64,000 nucleotides of DNA from an uncultured Acidimicrobiia bacterium (lineage in GTDB: Bacteria > Acidobacteriota > Vicinamibacteria > Vicinamibacterales > UBA2999). The stretch is taken from contig CAWCGQ010000001.1 of assembly GCA_963795125.1 (NCBI GenBank), positions 1,623,024-1,687,023 on the forward strand, written 5' to 3'. The notes beneath the pieces were generated by a model, which was given only the letters and a program-made list of their open reading frames with translations, searched no databases and was not told the origin of the DNA. Numbering within the stretch: position 1 is the stretch's first letter; every line of letters starts with the position of its first letter. A program made the position numbers and the translations under genes. Shown here piece after piece: positions 42,533 through 52,391 of the stretch.

Positions 42533-44173
42533 TTAGATGCCGCGCCGAGCCCTGGGTTGCGCAGGTTTGGGCGCGCTGGAGGGTCGTTTTGCCCGCGCCT
42601 TCGGTGGCTTGTCGGGCGGCGGTGGCTTCGGTGGCCCCAGCCGTTGGTACAGTTTGACATACTCGGCCGCCGAACGGTCCCACGAGAAGTCTGCCTTCAT
42701 GCCGTTCTTCTGCAGACGCGTCCAGGCCTTTTTGTTGGGGTAGGTGGCCAGCGCGGCAGTGATCGCCTGCATCAGCGCCGCCGGATGGTAGTCGGCGAAC
42801 ATGAACCCGTTGCCCTGACCGTTACGGGCGACGTACGGGCGCACCGTATCGACCAGGCCGCCGACCGCGCGGACAATCGGCACCGTGCCGTAACGCAAGC
42901 TGTACATCTGATTCAATCCGCACGGCTCAAACCGCGACGGCATCAGGAACATGTCGGCGCCGCCTTCGACCAGGTGCGCGCGGCGCTCGTCAAAGCCGAT
43001 GAACACGCCGACCCGATCTGGACGCCACGCCGCCAGGCGGGTCCACATTTCCTGATACCGGGGCTCGCCGGTGCCGACGATCACGAAGGTCGCGTCCAGT
43101 GACATGAGATCGCCGGCCAGCGCCGCCAGCAGGTCGAGGCCCTTCTGATCGACCATGCGCGAGACCATGCCGATCACCGGACGCGCGAGCAACGCGTCGG
43201 TGATGGTGAACCCGAACGTGTCGAGCAGCGCGCGCTTGGCGGCCGCCTTGCCCTCGAGGCGCTCGGCATCGAACGGCGCCGGCAGGAACGGATCGGCCGC
43301 CGGATTCCATTCGTCCGGATCGATGCCGTTGAGAATCCCGACCAGCGCATCGCTCCGGCTGCGGATCACCCCGTCGAGCCCGTAGCCGTACTCGGGCCGC
43401 TGGATCTCCTGCGCGTAGGTGGGGCTGACCGTGGTGATCGCATCGGCGAAGTTGAGCCCGGCTTTCATGAAGCTCAGGCGATCGAAAAACTCGATCCCGT
43501 TGATCGTGAAGTCTTCCCACCCGAGCCCCAGCCACGGCAGCCAGGCCTTGTCGAATACACCCTGGTAGGCAAGGTTGTGGATGGTGAAGACCGTGCGGGT
43601 GCGGGGGTGTGGGGGTGCGAGGGCGCGGCGGTGCGCATAGAGCGGGACCAGGCCCGCTTGCCAGTCGTGCGCGTGCACAATATCGAACGGCTGTTCCTGC
43701 TGCGCCGCCCACTCGAGCGCGGCGGCCGACAGCCACGCGTATCGGACGGCGTTGTCCGCGTAGTCACCGGCCGCATCGTAATAAATGCCGGCGCGATCGA
43801 AGAGTTCGGGGCAATCAAGCAGCAGCACCCGCCTGTGCCCCTTGGGCTTCGGCGCACCGGGCGCGGCGCCCTCGAGCGGCGCTTCCATCAGGCGCGCGGT
43901 GAATCGATGCGCGGCCATTTCCAGGGATACCGTGGCCACCACCGGGCCGTCGGTCACCCCGCGATAGCGCGGCGTAATGAGCGTGACGTGGTGGCCGAGT
44001 TCGGCCAGCGCTTTCGGGAGCGCCTTGGCGACATCGGCCAGACCGCCGGTCTTCGAGAACGGCTGCGCCTCCGACGCGATCATCAGGATCCGCAGCGCGT
44101 GTGGCGCTTTCGGTTTTCTGGTGGCGGTGGCCGGTCGTGCGCTGCCGGGGGACGTGGCTTTCTGCTTCGCCAT
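42533..44173 (-). CDS. glgA: Glycogen/starch synthase (GT5) with basic N- and C-terminal extensions
   Basis: ILMIASEAQPFSKTGGLADV (KTGGL motif); HAHDWQAGL; TVSPTYAQEI; SRFEPCGLNQMY. The true start is MAKQKAT at 44173, not the 763-aa ORF start. Confidence 0.9.
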   Translation of the reverse strand: MAKQKATSPGSARPATATRKPKAPHALRILMIASEAQPFSKTGGLADVAKALPKALAELGHHVTLITPRYRGVTDGPVVATVSLEMAAHRFTARLMEAPLEGAAPGAPKPKGHRRVLLLDCPELFDRAGIYYDAAGDYADNAVRYAWLSAAALEWAAQQEQPFDIVHAHDWQAGLVPLYAHRRALAPPHPRTRTVFTIHNLAYQGVFDKAWLPWLGLGWEDFTINGIEFFDRLSFMKAGLNFADAITTVSPTYAQEIQRPEYGYGLDGVIRSRSDALVGILNGIDPDEWNPAADPFLPAPFDAERLEGKAAAKRALLDTFGFTITDALLARPVIGMVSRMVDQKGLDLLAALAGDLMSLDATFVIVGTGEPRYQEMWTRLAAWRPDRVGVFIGFDERRAHLVEGGADMFLMPSRFEPCGLNQMYSLRYGTVPIVRAVGGLVDTVRPYVARNGQGNGFMFADYHPAALMQAITAALATYPNKKAWTRLQKNGMKADFSWDRSAAEYVKLYQRLGPPKPPPPDKPPKARAKRPSSAPKPAQPRARRGI

Positions 44174-44233
44174 CGGATCTAGCTTAGCCCGGGCGGCGCC
44201 GAGGGCGAGAGCTGAAAGCGGTATGATCCCCCC

Positions 44234-45058
44234 GTGTCCGGACCTCCATCCAGCGGATCGCGCGTGTTGCCGCGCGATGTCGTCGAACTGAGGACGCTCG
44301 CCGAGCGCCAGCCGGAACTGGCTCCGGCCGCGACCCTGCAGATCGATCTCATCGAAGCGGTGCGCCGCGTGCAGGGCCGCATCACCACGCCGTGGATTGA
44401 AGCCTCCGCCGAGACGCTCAACGAACGGTTGTCGAGCGGCCAGCCGCTGCTCGAGTTCGCGCAGCTGGTGTTCGACTGGAATGACGTGCGGTTGCTGATC
44501 CGCCAGGTCACGGACGTCCTGCGGCGACATGAAGTGATCGACGCCGCGACCGCCGCGGCGCTGCATGCCGTGGGACGCAGCCCGACGCTGCCCGACGTCA
44601 TGCGCGGCTGGTTCGAACAGCAGTCGGCGCTCGAGATCGAAATGCTGGACGAAGTGCTCGGCTGGGCGGCGCGGCCGTACCTGCGGCGCACCGCGGAAGT
44701 CCTGCAGCAGCGGGTCGCGCTCGATCGATGGGGCCGGCGGATTTGTCCGGTGTGCGCGGCCGAGCCCGAGTTTTCGGTGATCACGATGGGCGGCGAGCGC
44801 CAGCTGGTGTGCGGGCGCTGTCATGTGCGATGGGGCTACGACGCCATTGCCTGCCCGTACTGCGGCAACGACGATCGCACCCGCATCAAGTCGATGGCGA
44901 CACCCGACGGCATGTATCGCGTCGCGATCTGTTCGCCGTGCGGACGCTATATCAAAGCGCTCGACACGCGCAAAGCGACGCGGCCGTTACTGCCCTATGT
45001 GGATGTGATTGCGACCCTGCCGCTCGACGCGGCGGTCATGAATGCGAATAAGAAATAG
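44234..45058 (+). CDS. FdhE-like protein (four CxxC rubredoxin-type motifs)
   Basis: CPVCAAEP..CGRCHVRW..CPYCGN..CSPCGRYIK, plus an N-terminal helical domain. No formate dehydrogenase genes lie nearby. Confidence 0.7.
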   Translation: MSGPPSSGSRVLPRDVVELRTLAERQPELAPAATLQIDLIEAVRRVQGRITTPWIEASAETLNERLSSGQPLLEFAQLVFDWNDVRLLIRQVTDVLRRHEVIDAATAAALHAVGRSPTLPDVMRGWFEQQSALEIEMLDEVLGWAARPYLRRTAEVLQQRVALDRWGRRICPVCAAEPEFSVITMGGERQLVCGRCHVRWGYDAIACPYCGNDDRTRIKSMATPDGMYRVAICSPCGRYIKALDTRKATRPLLPYVDVIATLPLDAAVMNANKK

Positions 45059-45117
45059 AGAAATAACGAATAACTAAATTTGGTTATTCGCAATTTGTTA
45101 TTCGTTATTCGTTATTC
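45057..45117. repeat. AT-rich inverted-repeat element R2, related to R1: GAAATAACGAATAAC facing GTTATTC heptamers
   Basis: Left arm 45060..45074. GTTATTC occurs at 45083, and (GTTATTC)x3 spans 45097..45117. A 14-bp perfect stem is possible (GAATAACGAATAAC with GTTATTCGTTATTC). It shares the 15-mer AGAGAAATAACGAAT with R1 (45057..45071 versus 40063..40077). It contains the TAG of the FdhE-like gene and the TAA of the carboxypeptidase gene. Confidence 0.85.
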
Positions 45118-46178
45118 TGCTGATGTTCCTGGAAATCACCTTCCAGCAGCGCCTTGGTGCGGGTCGTCATCCAGTTGAACAGGTGACGCGTTTCCCAGAA
45201 GCGGGAGGCGTTGCTCTTGGCGCCCAGCACCACGAATGCGACCTGCTGCCCAGACTGGGGCAAGCGCAGCAAGGTCGCCAGGCAATAGCCGGAACGGCCG
45301 ATAAAGCCGGTCTTGCCGCCGACCACCTCGATGTCACCGACGCGCACGATCTGGTTGGTGCTGTTGGCGGTGATCACGCGCTTGCCGGTCTGGGTGGTGA
45401 AGGAGGTCTTGCGCATGATGGCGCCGATGCGCTCGTCAGCCGACGCATAGGCGATGAGTCGCGCCAGATCGTAGGCCGACGACATGTTCTCGGCCAGCAG
45501 TCCCGAGGGATCCGCATACACCGTGTGCTCGAGGCCGAGCTCCTTGGCCTTCTCGTTCATGCGCTGCATGAAGCCGCTGTAGCCAAGCACCGACGACCGC
45601 GCCAGGGCGCGCGCCGCGGCGTTGTCGGAACCGATCAACAGCAGATTGAGCAGGTCCTCCGCCGGCAGCACGAAGCCGCTGCGCAGATAGGTCGTCGACG
45701 CGTGCGACACGTCGCTCGACTGCACCTTGACCATCGTCGACAGCGGCGTGTTGCTCTCGAGGAACACCAGCGCGGTCATCACCTTGGTGATGCTGGCCAT
45801 CGATCGCTGGTCCGTCGAATGGCTTTCCCAGAGCACTTCGCCCGTTTCCGGGTTGTAGATGATGGCGGCTTCGGCACGCACGTCGGGCACTTCGCGGCCG
45901 AACTCGTCGACGCGGAAGCGCGGCGTCTGCAGTTCGCGCAACTCGCGGGCCCGTGCCTCCGCGCGCGCCCGGGCAAGCCGCGCACGCCGTTCGCGGGCGG
46001 TCGCCGCCGAGTAGGTTTTCTTGGCGACGGGTTTCTTGGCTGACGCGCGCGCCGGCGTCTTCTGGGTCGTCGGCGCGGCATCGGCCGTTTGCACCAACAG
46101 GCCTGGCGTGAAGGTCAGCGTCGTCGCTGCCACCGCCAGAGACACCACTATTTTCCTGACGCGATTTGGCTTCGTCAT
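45105..46178 (-). CDS. D-alanyl-D-alanine carboxypeptidase (peptidase S11, PBP5/6-like)
   Basis: Signal peptide. SxxK as SMASITKVMT; SGN-like SDN as IGSDNAA; KTG as GGKTGFIG. Confidence 0.85.
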   Translation of the reverse strand: MTKPNRVRKIVVSLAVAATTLTFTPGLLVQTADAAPTTQKTPARASAKKPVAKKTYSAATARERRARLARARAEARARELRELQTPRFRVDEFGREVPDVRAEAAIIYNPETGEVLWESHSTDQRSMASITKVMTALVFLESNTPLSTMVKVQSSDVSHASTTYLRSGFVLPAEDLLNLLLIGSDNAAARALARSSVLGYSGFMQRMNEKAKELGLEHTVYADPSGLLAENMSSAYDLARLIAYASADERIGAIMRKTSFTTQTGKRVITANSTNQIVRVGDIEVVGGKTGFIGRSGYCLATLLRLPQSGQQVAFVVLGAKSNASRFWETRHLFNWMTTRTKALLEGDFQEHQQNNE

Positions 46179-46258
46179 CAAAACTTGAGGGGATTGTAAC
46201 GAGACTATCTCCAATACGCAATAGGGTTTAACGGCGATCGATTAAACTGGCAGCCCTA

Positions 46259-46813
46259 ATGGACCGGCCCCGACGAACCGAGTACCTCGTGCTTAGGCGC
46301 ACCATCGCCGCGCGCGGCGCGCTGCGACCGATTCTGATGCTGTGCGGCACGGGAATTTGGGCCGCCCTGCTGACCGCGGTGCTCATCCTGCTCCCCTATC
46401 CGGTCGCCGCGGCCATCCCGCTGCTCGTGCTCCTGGTCACGTTCGAAGCCATCAGGCCTTTACACTTTGGCGCGGAGCGCATCGGGCGCTATCTGCAGGT
46501 CTTCTACGAGGAGCAGGGCGATCCCGGCCGTTCGCTCACCGACACGCCCGCCTGGGAACGAGTCGCGATGAGCTTCGGGACGGTGCCCGGCGTCGGCGGG
46601 CATCCGCTGTTCATGCCGGCGTTTGTGATGGCGACCGCGGTCAACTATCTCGCGGTCCTGCTGCCTGAGCCGACCGCGATCGAACTGATCGCCATGGCGG
46701 TGCCGCACCTGGCCTTGATTGTCTGGCTGGTGGCCGCCGACCGCGCCATGCGCACCCAGCGCACCCTCGAGCTGGCACGGCTGCGCGAGCTCGCCGGTAC
46801 CACACCGCGGTAG
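46259..46813 (+). CDS. Hypothetical membrane protein (about four TM segments)
   Basis: An intact 184-codon ORF with hydrophobic stretches (ILMLCGTGIWAALLTAVLILL, AAIPLLVLLVTF, FMPAFVMATAVNYLAVLL, AVPHLALIVWLVAA). I do not recognise a family. Confidence 0.5.
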   Translation: MDRPRRTEYLVLRRTIAARGALRPILMLCGTGIWAALLTAVLILLPYPVAAAIPLLVLLVTFEAIRPLHFGAERIGRYLQVFYEEQGDPGRSLTDTPAWERVAMSFGTVPGVGGHPLFMPAFVMATAVNYLAVLLPEPTAIELIAMAVPHLALIVWLVAADRAMRTQRTLELARLRELAGTTPR

Positions 46814-46897
46814 CACAAGCAGGCGGACTTCGGCTGCGTGATCGCGAGCCGCGGGCCGTCGATGGTGAGCGACAGGGCCGACCGGCGGCGGCCGCGG

Positions 46898-47548
46898 CTA
46901 CGAGATCACGCCGCGCCGCACGGCGTAGAGCACCAGTTCGGCCACGTTGTGGATGTCGAGTTTCTGCAGGATGCGGGCGCGATGCGTCTCGACCGTGGCG
47001 GGGCTGATGTCGAGCATCGCCGCGACTTCCTTGTTGCTGCGCGCCTCCGCAATCAACTGGAACACCTCCCGCTCCCGCTCAGACAACGTTTCGTAGCGAT
47101 CCCCGGCGCTCGATCCGGCGACGCGCCGGACGTAGTCATCCAGCATCAACCGCTCGATCGCCGGGCTGAAAAACGGTTGCCCGGCCGCGACCAACTCGAC
47201 GGCCCTGAGGAGGTCCTTGCCCGCGGAGTCCTTCAGCAGATACCCGGTGGCGCCGGCCTGGAGGGCGCGAGTCACATAGGCTTCATCGGCGTGCATGCTC
47301 AACATCAGGATTCGCGTTGACGGCACGCGACGCAGGATCTGGTGCGCGGCGTCGATGCCGTTCAGCAACGGCATGGCCACGTCGATGATCACCACGTCCG
47401 GTACCAGCGCCACCGCCGCCCGCACCGCTTCGCGGCCGTCACCGACTTCGGCCACCACCTCCCAGTCGGGCTGTTCCTCGAGCAGTTTCAACAGCCCATG
47501 GCGCACCAGTGTGTGGTCGTCGCAGAGCAACAAGCGCAGTTTAGGCAA
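46898..47548 (-). CDS. Response regulator, NarL/FixJ (LuxR-type HTH) family
   Basis: Receiver LLLCDDHTLVR..VIIDVAMP; C-terminal LSEREREVFQLIAEARSNKEVAAMLDISPATVETHRARILQKL. Confidence 0.9.
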   Translation of the reverse strand: MPKLRLLLCDDHTLVRHGLLKLLEEQPDWEVVAEVGDGREAVRAAVALVPDVVIIDVAMPLLNGIDAAHQILRRVPSTRILMLSMHADEAYVTRALQAGATGYLLKDSAGKDLLRAVELVAAGQPFFSPAIERLMLDDYVRRVAGSSAGDRYETLSEREREVFQLIAEARSNKEVAAMLDISPATVETHRARILQKLDIHNVAELVLYAVRRGVIS

Positions 47549-48905
47549 GGCCCTTCTCCGGCAGCGTCACGATGAGCCGCGTGCCGGCCCCCGGATTGCT
47601 CAGGATGTTGAACGTGCCCCCGAGCCGAGACGCGCGTTCGCGAATACTCACCAGGCCGAGTCCGCGGGCGACGATCGGCCGGTCGGTATCTTCGACGAAA
47701 CCGATGCCGTCATCTTCAACTTCCACCAGCAGCCGATCGTCCATCTGCGTGAGGCGCACCTGGCACTCGGTCGCCTGCGCGTGTCTCGCCACATTGGTCA
47801 GTCCCTCCTGCACGATGCGATACGCCGCCAGCTCGACATCGCGCGGCAGCCGCTCGGGCAAGCCAACCTGGTGGAGACGACCGCGAATATTGTGCCGCCG
47901 GGACAACCCGCGCAGCGCCGCGTCGATCACCGCCGGCAGGCCCAGGTCGTCGAGCGCCGCGGGATGCAGCAGCTGTGTCAGATTCCTCACCGTCTGCAGC
48001 GCGCCGTCGGTGATCGTTTGCGCCTCGGCCAATGGCGCCGCCGACCCGCCGGCGCTCTCGATGGCGTGCTGCGCGACGTCGAGCTCGACGCGAATCGCGG
48101 TCAGCACCTGCCCGACCTCGTCGTGCAACTCGCGCGCGATCGAGCGGCGTTCCTCCTCCTGCGCGTTCAGGACCTTGGCCGCGCTCTGCTGCAGCTCGCG
48201 CGAAATCCGCGCCTCGCGCTTGAGCTGATCGCGCAGCGTCGCCTCGAGACGGACGGCGTAGAGACTGGTAATCAGCAAAACGCCCAGACCGACGACCAGG
48301 GCGGCGCCGAGCTGCTGCCGGCTTTTTAGTTCGGCGGTCCGGTGGAGTTCGGTGAGGTCCTCCTGTTGCCGCACGAAGGCTCGACGGTTCAGCGTCTGGA
48401 TTTCCTCGGAGATGGCCAGTGCCGCCTCACGGCGCGGCGCGATATGGCGGTTGAGAACCTCCCGCACCGCCGCCGGTGATCGGCCCTCGGCGTCGGACAG
48501 GACACTGAGCGACGACTGATTGAACTGGTCCACTTCGCGCGACAGCCGCTCAATCGGATCGCCCTCGATGCGCGCGCCGATCACCGGCTGATAATCCTGC
48601 AGCGCCATGGCGATGACGCGGTACGACGCGTCCACCTGTCCCCGATACTCGAGCAGCGCCGCGGGGTCCGGGTTGAGCAGCGCGTCGCGGACGCGCACCG
48701 AACTGACCAGGACCTGGGTGCGCACCGTCGATAGCAGCTCCTGGGCCCGCGTGTAGCGCGACGCGACCTCGCCGGCATCGCGGCGCAGCGTGTCGATGCG
48801 CGCCGTGAAGGCATAGCCGGTATAGAGCCACAAGCCCAGGGTGACGCAAAAGCCGAGGGCCAGGGCGGCACGAAACGACCACCGCTCGATCTGGACAGGA
48901 CCCAT
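47541..48905 (-). CDS. Sensor histidine kinase, HisKA_3/NarX-like, with a periplasmic helical sensor domain
   Basis: Two TM segments flank a domain of about 170 aa. H-box RSIARELHDEVGQVLTAI; HATPase_c EGLTNVARHA..DDGIGF..GLGLVSIRER. Overlaps the regulator gene by 8 nt. Confidence 0.9.
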   Translation of the reverse strand: MGPVQIERWSFRAALALGFCVTLGLWLYTGYAFTARIDTLRRDAGEVASRYTRAQELLSTVRTQVLVSSVRVRDALLNPDPAALLEYRGQVDASYRVIAMALQDYQPVIGARIEGDPIERLSREVDQFNQSSLSVLSDAEGRSPAAVREVLNRHIAPRREAALAISEEIQTLNRRAFVRQQEDLTELHRTAELKSRQQLGAALVVGLGVLLITSLYAVRLEATLRDQLKREARISRELQQSAAKVLNAQEEERRSIARELHDEVGQVLTAIRVELDVAQHAIESAGGSAAPLAEAQTITDGALQTVRNLTQLLHPAALDDLGLPAVIDAALRGLSRRHNIRGRLHQVGLPERLPRDVELAAYRIVQEGLTNVARHAQATECQVRLTQMDDRLLVEVEDDGIGFVEDTDRPIVARGLGLVSIRERASRLGGTFNILSNPGAGTRLIVTLPEKGLA

Positions 48906-49031
48906 CGACCCGAATGTTACGCTGCCGGGCTCGGCTTCGCCGGGCGAAACTGACGAACCGGACCGCCGCCCAGGGGATTCCTGTAGTTTTCGCCCCGTCG
49001 AGGCTGTATAGCCCTCGGGCATCGCGGGCGC

Positions 49032-49070
49032 AAAAAAAGCGGGAGGGCCTGAGGCGTGCAACCCTCCCGC
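49032..49070 (-). terminator. Rho-independent terminator downstream of receptor A
   Basis: On the minus strand: GCGGGAGGG, loop, CCCTCCCGC, then TTTTTTT (plus-strand A-run 49032..49038). Confidence 0.75.
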
Positions 49071-49141
49071 AACTGACTCCCCCACAGGAGCCAACCCGTC
49101 GACCCGCCGGCGCCACCAGGCCCCGGCCGGTCAGATGCGCG

Positions 49142-51995
49142 CTACCAGAGGAACCGGACGCCGATGCGCGCGGTGCGCGGCGCCAGGATCGCCGACGGCT
49201 TCTGGTAGCCGAGCCCGGTCGCCCGGCTGATGGTTTCCGACGCGTGGCTGTTGGCGATGTTGAACAGGTCGAAGAACAGCCGCGCGCGGGCGTGCGTGCC
49301 AATCGGCACGTTCTTCTCCGCGCGCACGTCGAACACCCAGATGTTGTCCTCGCGATTGGCATTCATCGGCTCGGCGTAGGCCGTGCCGCTGGCGATCAGG
49401 CCCGAGCCGGACGGCACGGCGATCGTGAAGGTGCGGGCGTAGTTCGATCCGGACTGGTGGCGCAGCACCGGCGACAGTCGAATGCCGTAGGCCGCGTCGT
49501 AGCTGCCCGTCGCCTTGAGGTTCCAGGTCGTGCGGTCTTCCGCGCCCGGTTCGTTGGGGTTGTTCGGGAAGTTGTTCGGGAAGTCGGTGGTCAGCGTGTA
49601 GGCGCCACCCACCGACGCCGACCAGCGATTGCTGTAGCGCCGGCTCATCGACAGTTCGACGGTCTTGGCCCGCGAGTAGGCGCCGGCATTCGAGATGATC
49701 GTCGTGGTCGGAAAGCCGGCGGCTTGCGACGACGGCAGCCCGAGCATGGTGACGTTGACGTCGTCCGACGGTGCCGCGACGGCCGTCGACGCCGAGGTCG
49801 ACGAAGGTAAAGGGCACCGTGAAGGCGCCCAGCCCGCGCAACGGCTGGTAGCCGGTGTCGATCAGATCGTCCTCGGTCTTGTAGACGAAGCCGGCGCGCA
49901 CGCCGAGCGTGTCGGCCAGCTGGCGTTCCAGCCAGACGCTGGCTTCGTGCGTGAAGGGCTGCTTGATGTTGTCCTGCAGCTGCACGCCGCCCTCGAGCGC
50001 CTGGCTCAACAGCGATGCCCTGCTCACCCGGCTGCCAGCGGCGATCGCCGTTGGCGTCGTTCCACTGATAGGTCGCGTTCTTTCCCGCGGTGTTCGGGTT
50101 GGCGCTGCTGCCGACGCCGACACCGGGGTTGTGCCAGAAGAACCCATAGTTGCCCTTCAGCACGGTGCGGCCGTCGCCGCCAAGGTCGAACACCACGCCG
50201 ACGCGCGGCGCCAGCCCGCTCCACGAGAACATCTGCGTCTCCGCGAAGGTCTTCGCCACCACCGCGCACCGGACCCACGATGCCGGCCAGCTGCTGTTGC
50301 TCGGGCAGCGTGCTGCTGTAGCGGTCGTAGCGCGCCCCGGCATTGATCGTCGCCCGCCCGAGCGTAAAGGTGTCGTTCAGGAAGCACTTTGCACGTCGAG
50401 CGCCGACTGGGACGTGAGCGCCCCCGACTTGCCCGAGGCCCAGCTTACCGGCGGCGGTCGCGGTCGGAATGCGGAAGATCACCTGGTTCGAGCGGCCGTT
50501 GCTGTAGACGTGCTCGATGTTGCCGCCGACGCCCTGCTGGAACCCTTCCCAGCCGATCTCCTGGAGGATCTCGCCACCGAACTTGAAGGTGTGGCTGCCG
50601 GCGGCGGTGTCGAGAAAGTAGGTCGCCGCGCCGGTCATCTGCTTGCGATCGCGATCGAGCTGCCAGTTCCGGTGCGCGCCGTCGATTTCGAGCGTGCCCG
50701 AGTCACGGAAGAAGAAGTTGTCGTCGCTGTTGGCCAGCGTCGGGAAGTAGTAGCCGAAATCACCGTAGCGCGCTTCGACGTAGAGCTTGTCGCTGAGCGT
50801 GCCGTTCCATTCGCCCTTCCACACCCAGCTGCCCGAGTCCTGCTTGAAGGTCGGGTCCGACGGAATTGTAGGTGTAGGTGGCGAACGGCAGGCGCGTCGG
50901 CTGCAGCTTCTGGCCCCACTGGTAGTAGCCGACGAACTTGTTCTTCTGGTTGGCCTGATAGGTGGCCTTGCCGACCGCGTTCCACAGCTTGGTGTCGAAC
51001 GTCGAGTCGAAGTTGAAGTTCGGCTGCGCGACCGCGTTGAACTGCGTGCGATAGGTGCCGAACCACCACACCTTGTCGCGGACGATCGGGCCGCCGATAT
51101 TGAGCGCCATGTCGCGATACCGATCGATCTCGTTGCTGTGCTCGCGGATCGGGCTGTTGTTGAACGCCGTCGGCGCGATGTAGGAGTCGGGAATGTTCGA
51201 TCCCTGCAGCGAGTTGTTGTACCAGTCGACGTAGCCTTCGCCGCTGAACCGGTTGCCGCCCGACTTGGCGATGAACTGGCTCTGGACGCCGGGGTTGGGC
51301 ATTTCGGCCGACTGCCCCGAGGTGCCGATGAACACCTCCTCGAGCGAGGAGTAGTCGAAGTAGAAGCCGGCGCCGCCGGTGCCCTCCGTGGTGTTGATGC
51401 CCTCAATCAGGACCCGCACCTGGCCGCTGAAGCCGTAGGCGGTGTAGCCGGTCTGCGTGCCGGCGCGGTTGCCGCCAACGTCGATGCGCGACATCTGCAC
51501 GGCCGGCGTGACGGCGAGCAGGGACCACATGTCGCGGCCGTTGGGAATCGACTGCAGTTCGCTCAGCTTGAAGTTCTGCACGGTACGGGTCGCGGTGGTG
51601 TCGATGATTGGCGAAGCGCCGCTCACCGTGACGGTTTCCTGCAGCGTGGCCAGCGCGAGCTCGACGTTGACCGTGGCGGTGAATCCCAGGCGGATCTCGA
51701 CGCCCTCACGTCTCAGTGGATTGAAGCCGGCCAGCTCGTAGGCGAGCGTATACGCGCCCGGCGGCAACGCCGGGAATCGATAGTTGCCGCTCTCGGACGA
51801 AACGGCCGTCTGCACGCCGGGCATCGACGGGCTCGTCGCGACCACCGTGACGCCGGGCAGCACCGCGCCCTGCGCATCGGCGACTCGCCCCTGAATGGTG
51901 CCCGTGCTGCTGGCGCCGCCGCCCTGGGCAAACAACGGCACGCCGGTGGCCAACGTTACGGCAAGCGCTACAACTCCGACGATGGGGAGCTTCAT
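49142..51995 (-). CDS. TonB-dependent outer-membrane receptor A with an N-terminal CarboxypepD_reg domain; about four frame breaks in 49.75-50.85 kb
   Basis: Signal peptide MKLPIVGVVALAVTLATGVPLFAQ; GTIQGRVADAQGAVLPGVTVV..YRFPALPPGAYTL; plug LQETVTVSGASPIIDT; terminal beta-signal ..ARIGVRFLW. Confidence 0.85.
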
Positions 51996-52355
51996 GTCAT
52001 CCTCCTGGAACGCGCGCAACGCCGCCGCGCCGCGCGCCGCCAACGACAACGAATGCCCGTGCATTCGTCCCGATATGCGGGCGATTTGTACCGAACGTCC
52101 GACAGATCACAATCCGGTTGAGGCCGCGCGGAATCTACCGCCTTCCACCACGGCCCGCTCAGGTGAAGCCAGGCCCGCCTCTGCGGTCTTGACGGGATAT
52201 GTCAGCTCCGGCGGGTATCCCGCGCCGGCTGTAGGTCTTGGAGCGGACAGACGGTATTTACGGCGCGGGGGCACGCGCGCTACAAGTTTCGTCACCCAAG
52301 GACGCGACACCCGCTGCCATCTGTGTCGCGATCTGCGGTCGCCAGTCTCATCTTT

Positions 52356-52381
52356 GGGGGACGCCGACGTCCCCCGCTTTT
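52356..52381 (+). promoter_or_regulatory. Terminator-like GC hairpin plus U-tract in the 5' leader, about 10 nt before the receptor B start codon; its U-tract abuts the Shine-Dalgarno. Candidate attenuator.
   Basis: GGGGGACG (52356..63), CCGA loop, CGTCCCCC (52368..75), GCTTTTC, then GGAGG (52383..87) and ATG at 52392. An additional 8-bp stem CGCGACAC/GTGTCGCG lies about 35 nt upstream. Confidence 0.4.
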
Positions 52382-52391
52382 CGGAGGCTTC

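Noticed and set aside
52080-52200. Cobalamin riboswitch in the spacer between receptors A and B
   Set aside because: AGGTGAAGCCAGGCCCGCCTCTG on the plus strand and CGGTAGATTCCGCGCGGCC on the minus strand loosely recall the GGUG.AA.UCC...CCCGC.ACUG core. However, spacing is wrong, no GGGAA or GCCACUG elements are present, and I see no B12 box. By eye this is not supportable, and only an Rfam scan could revive it.
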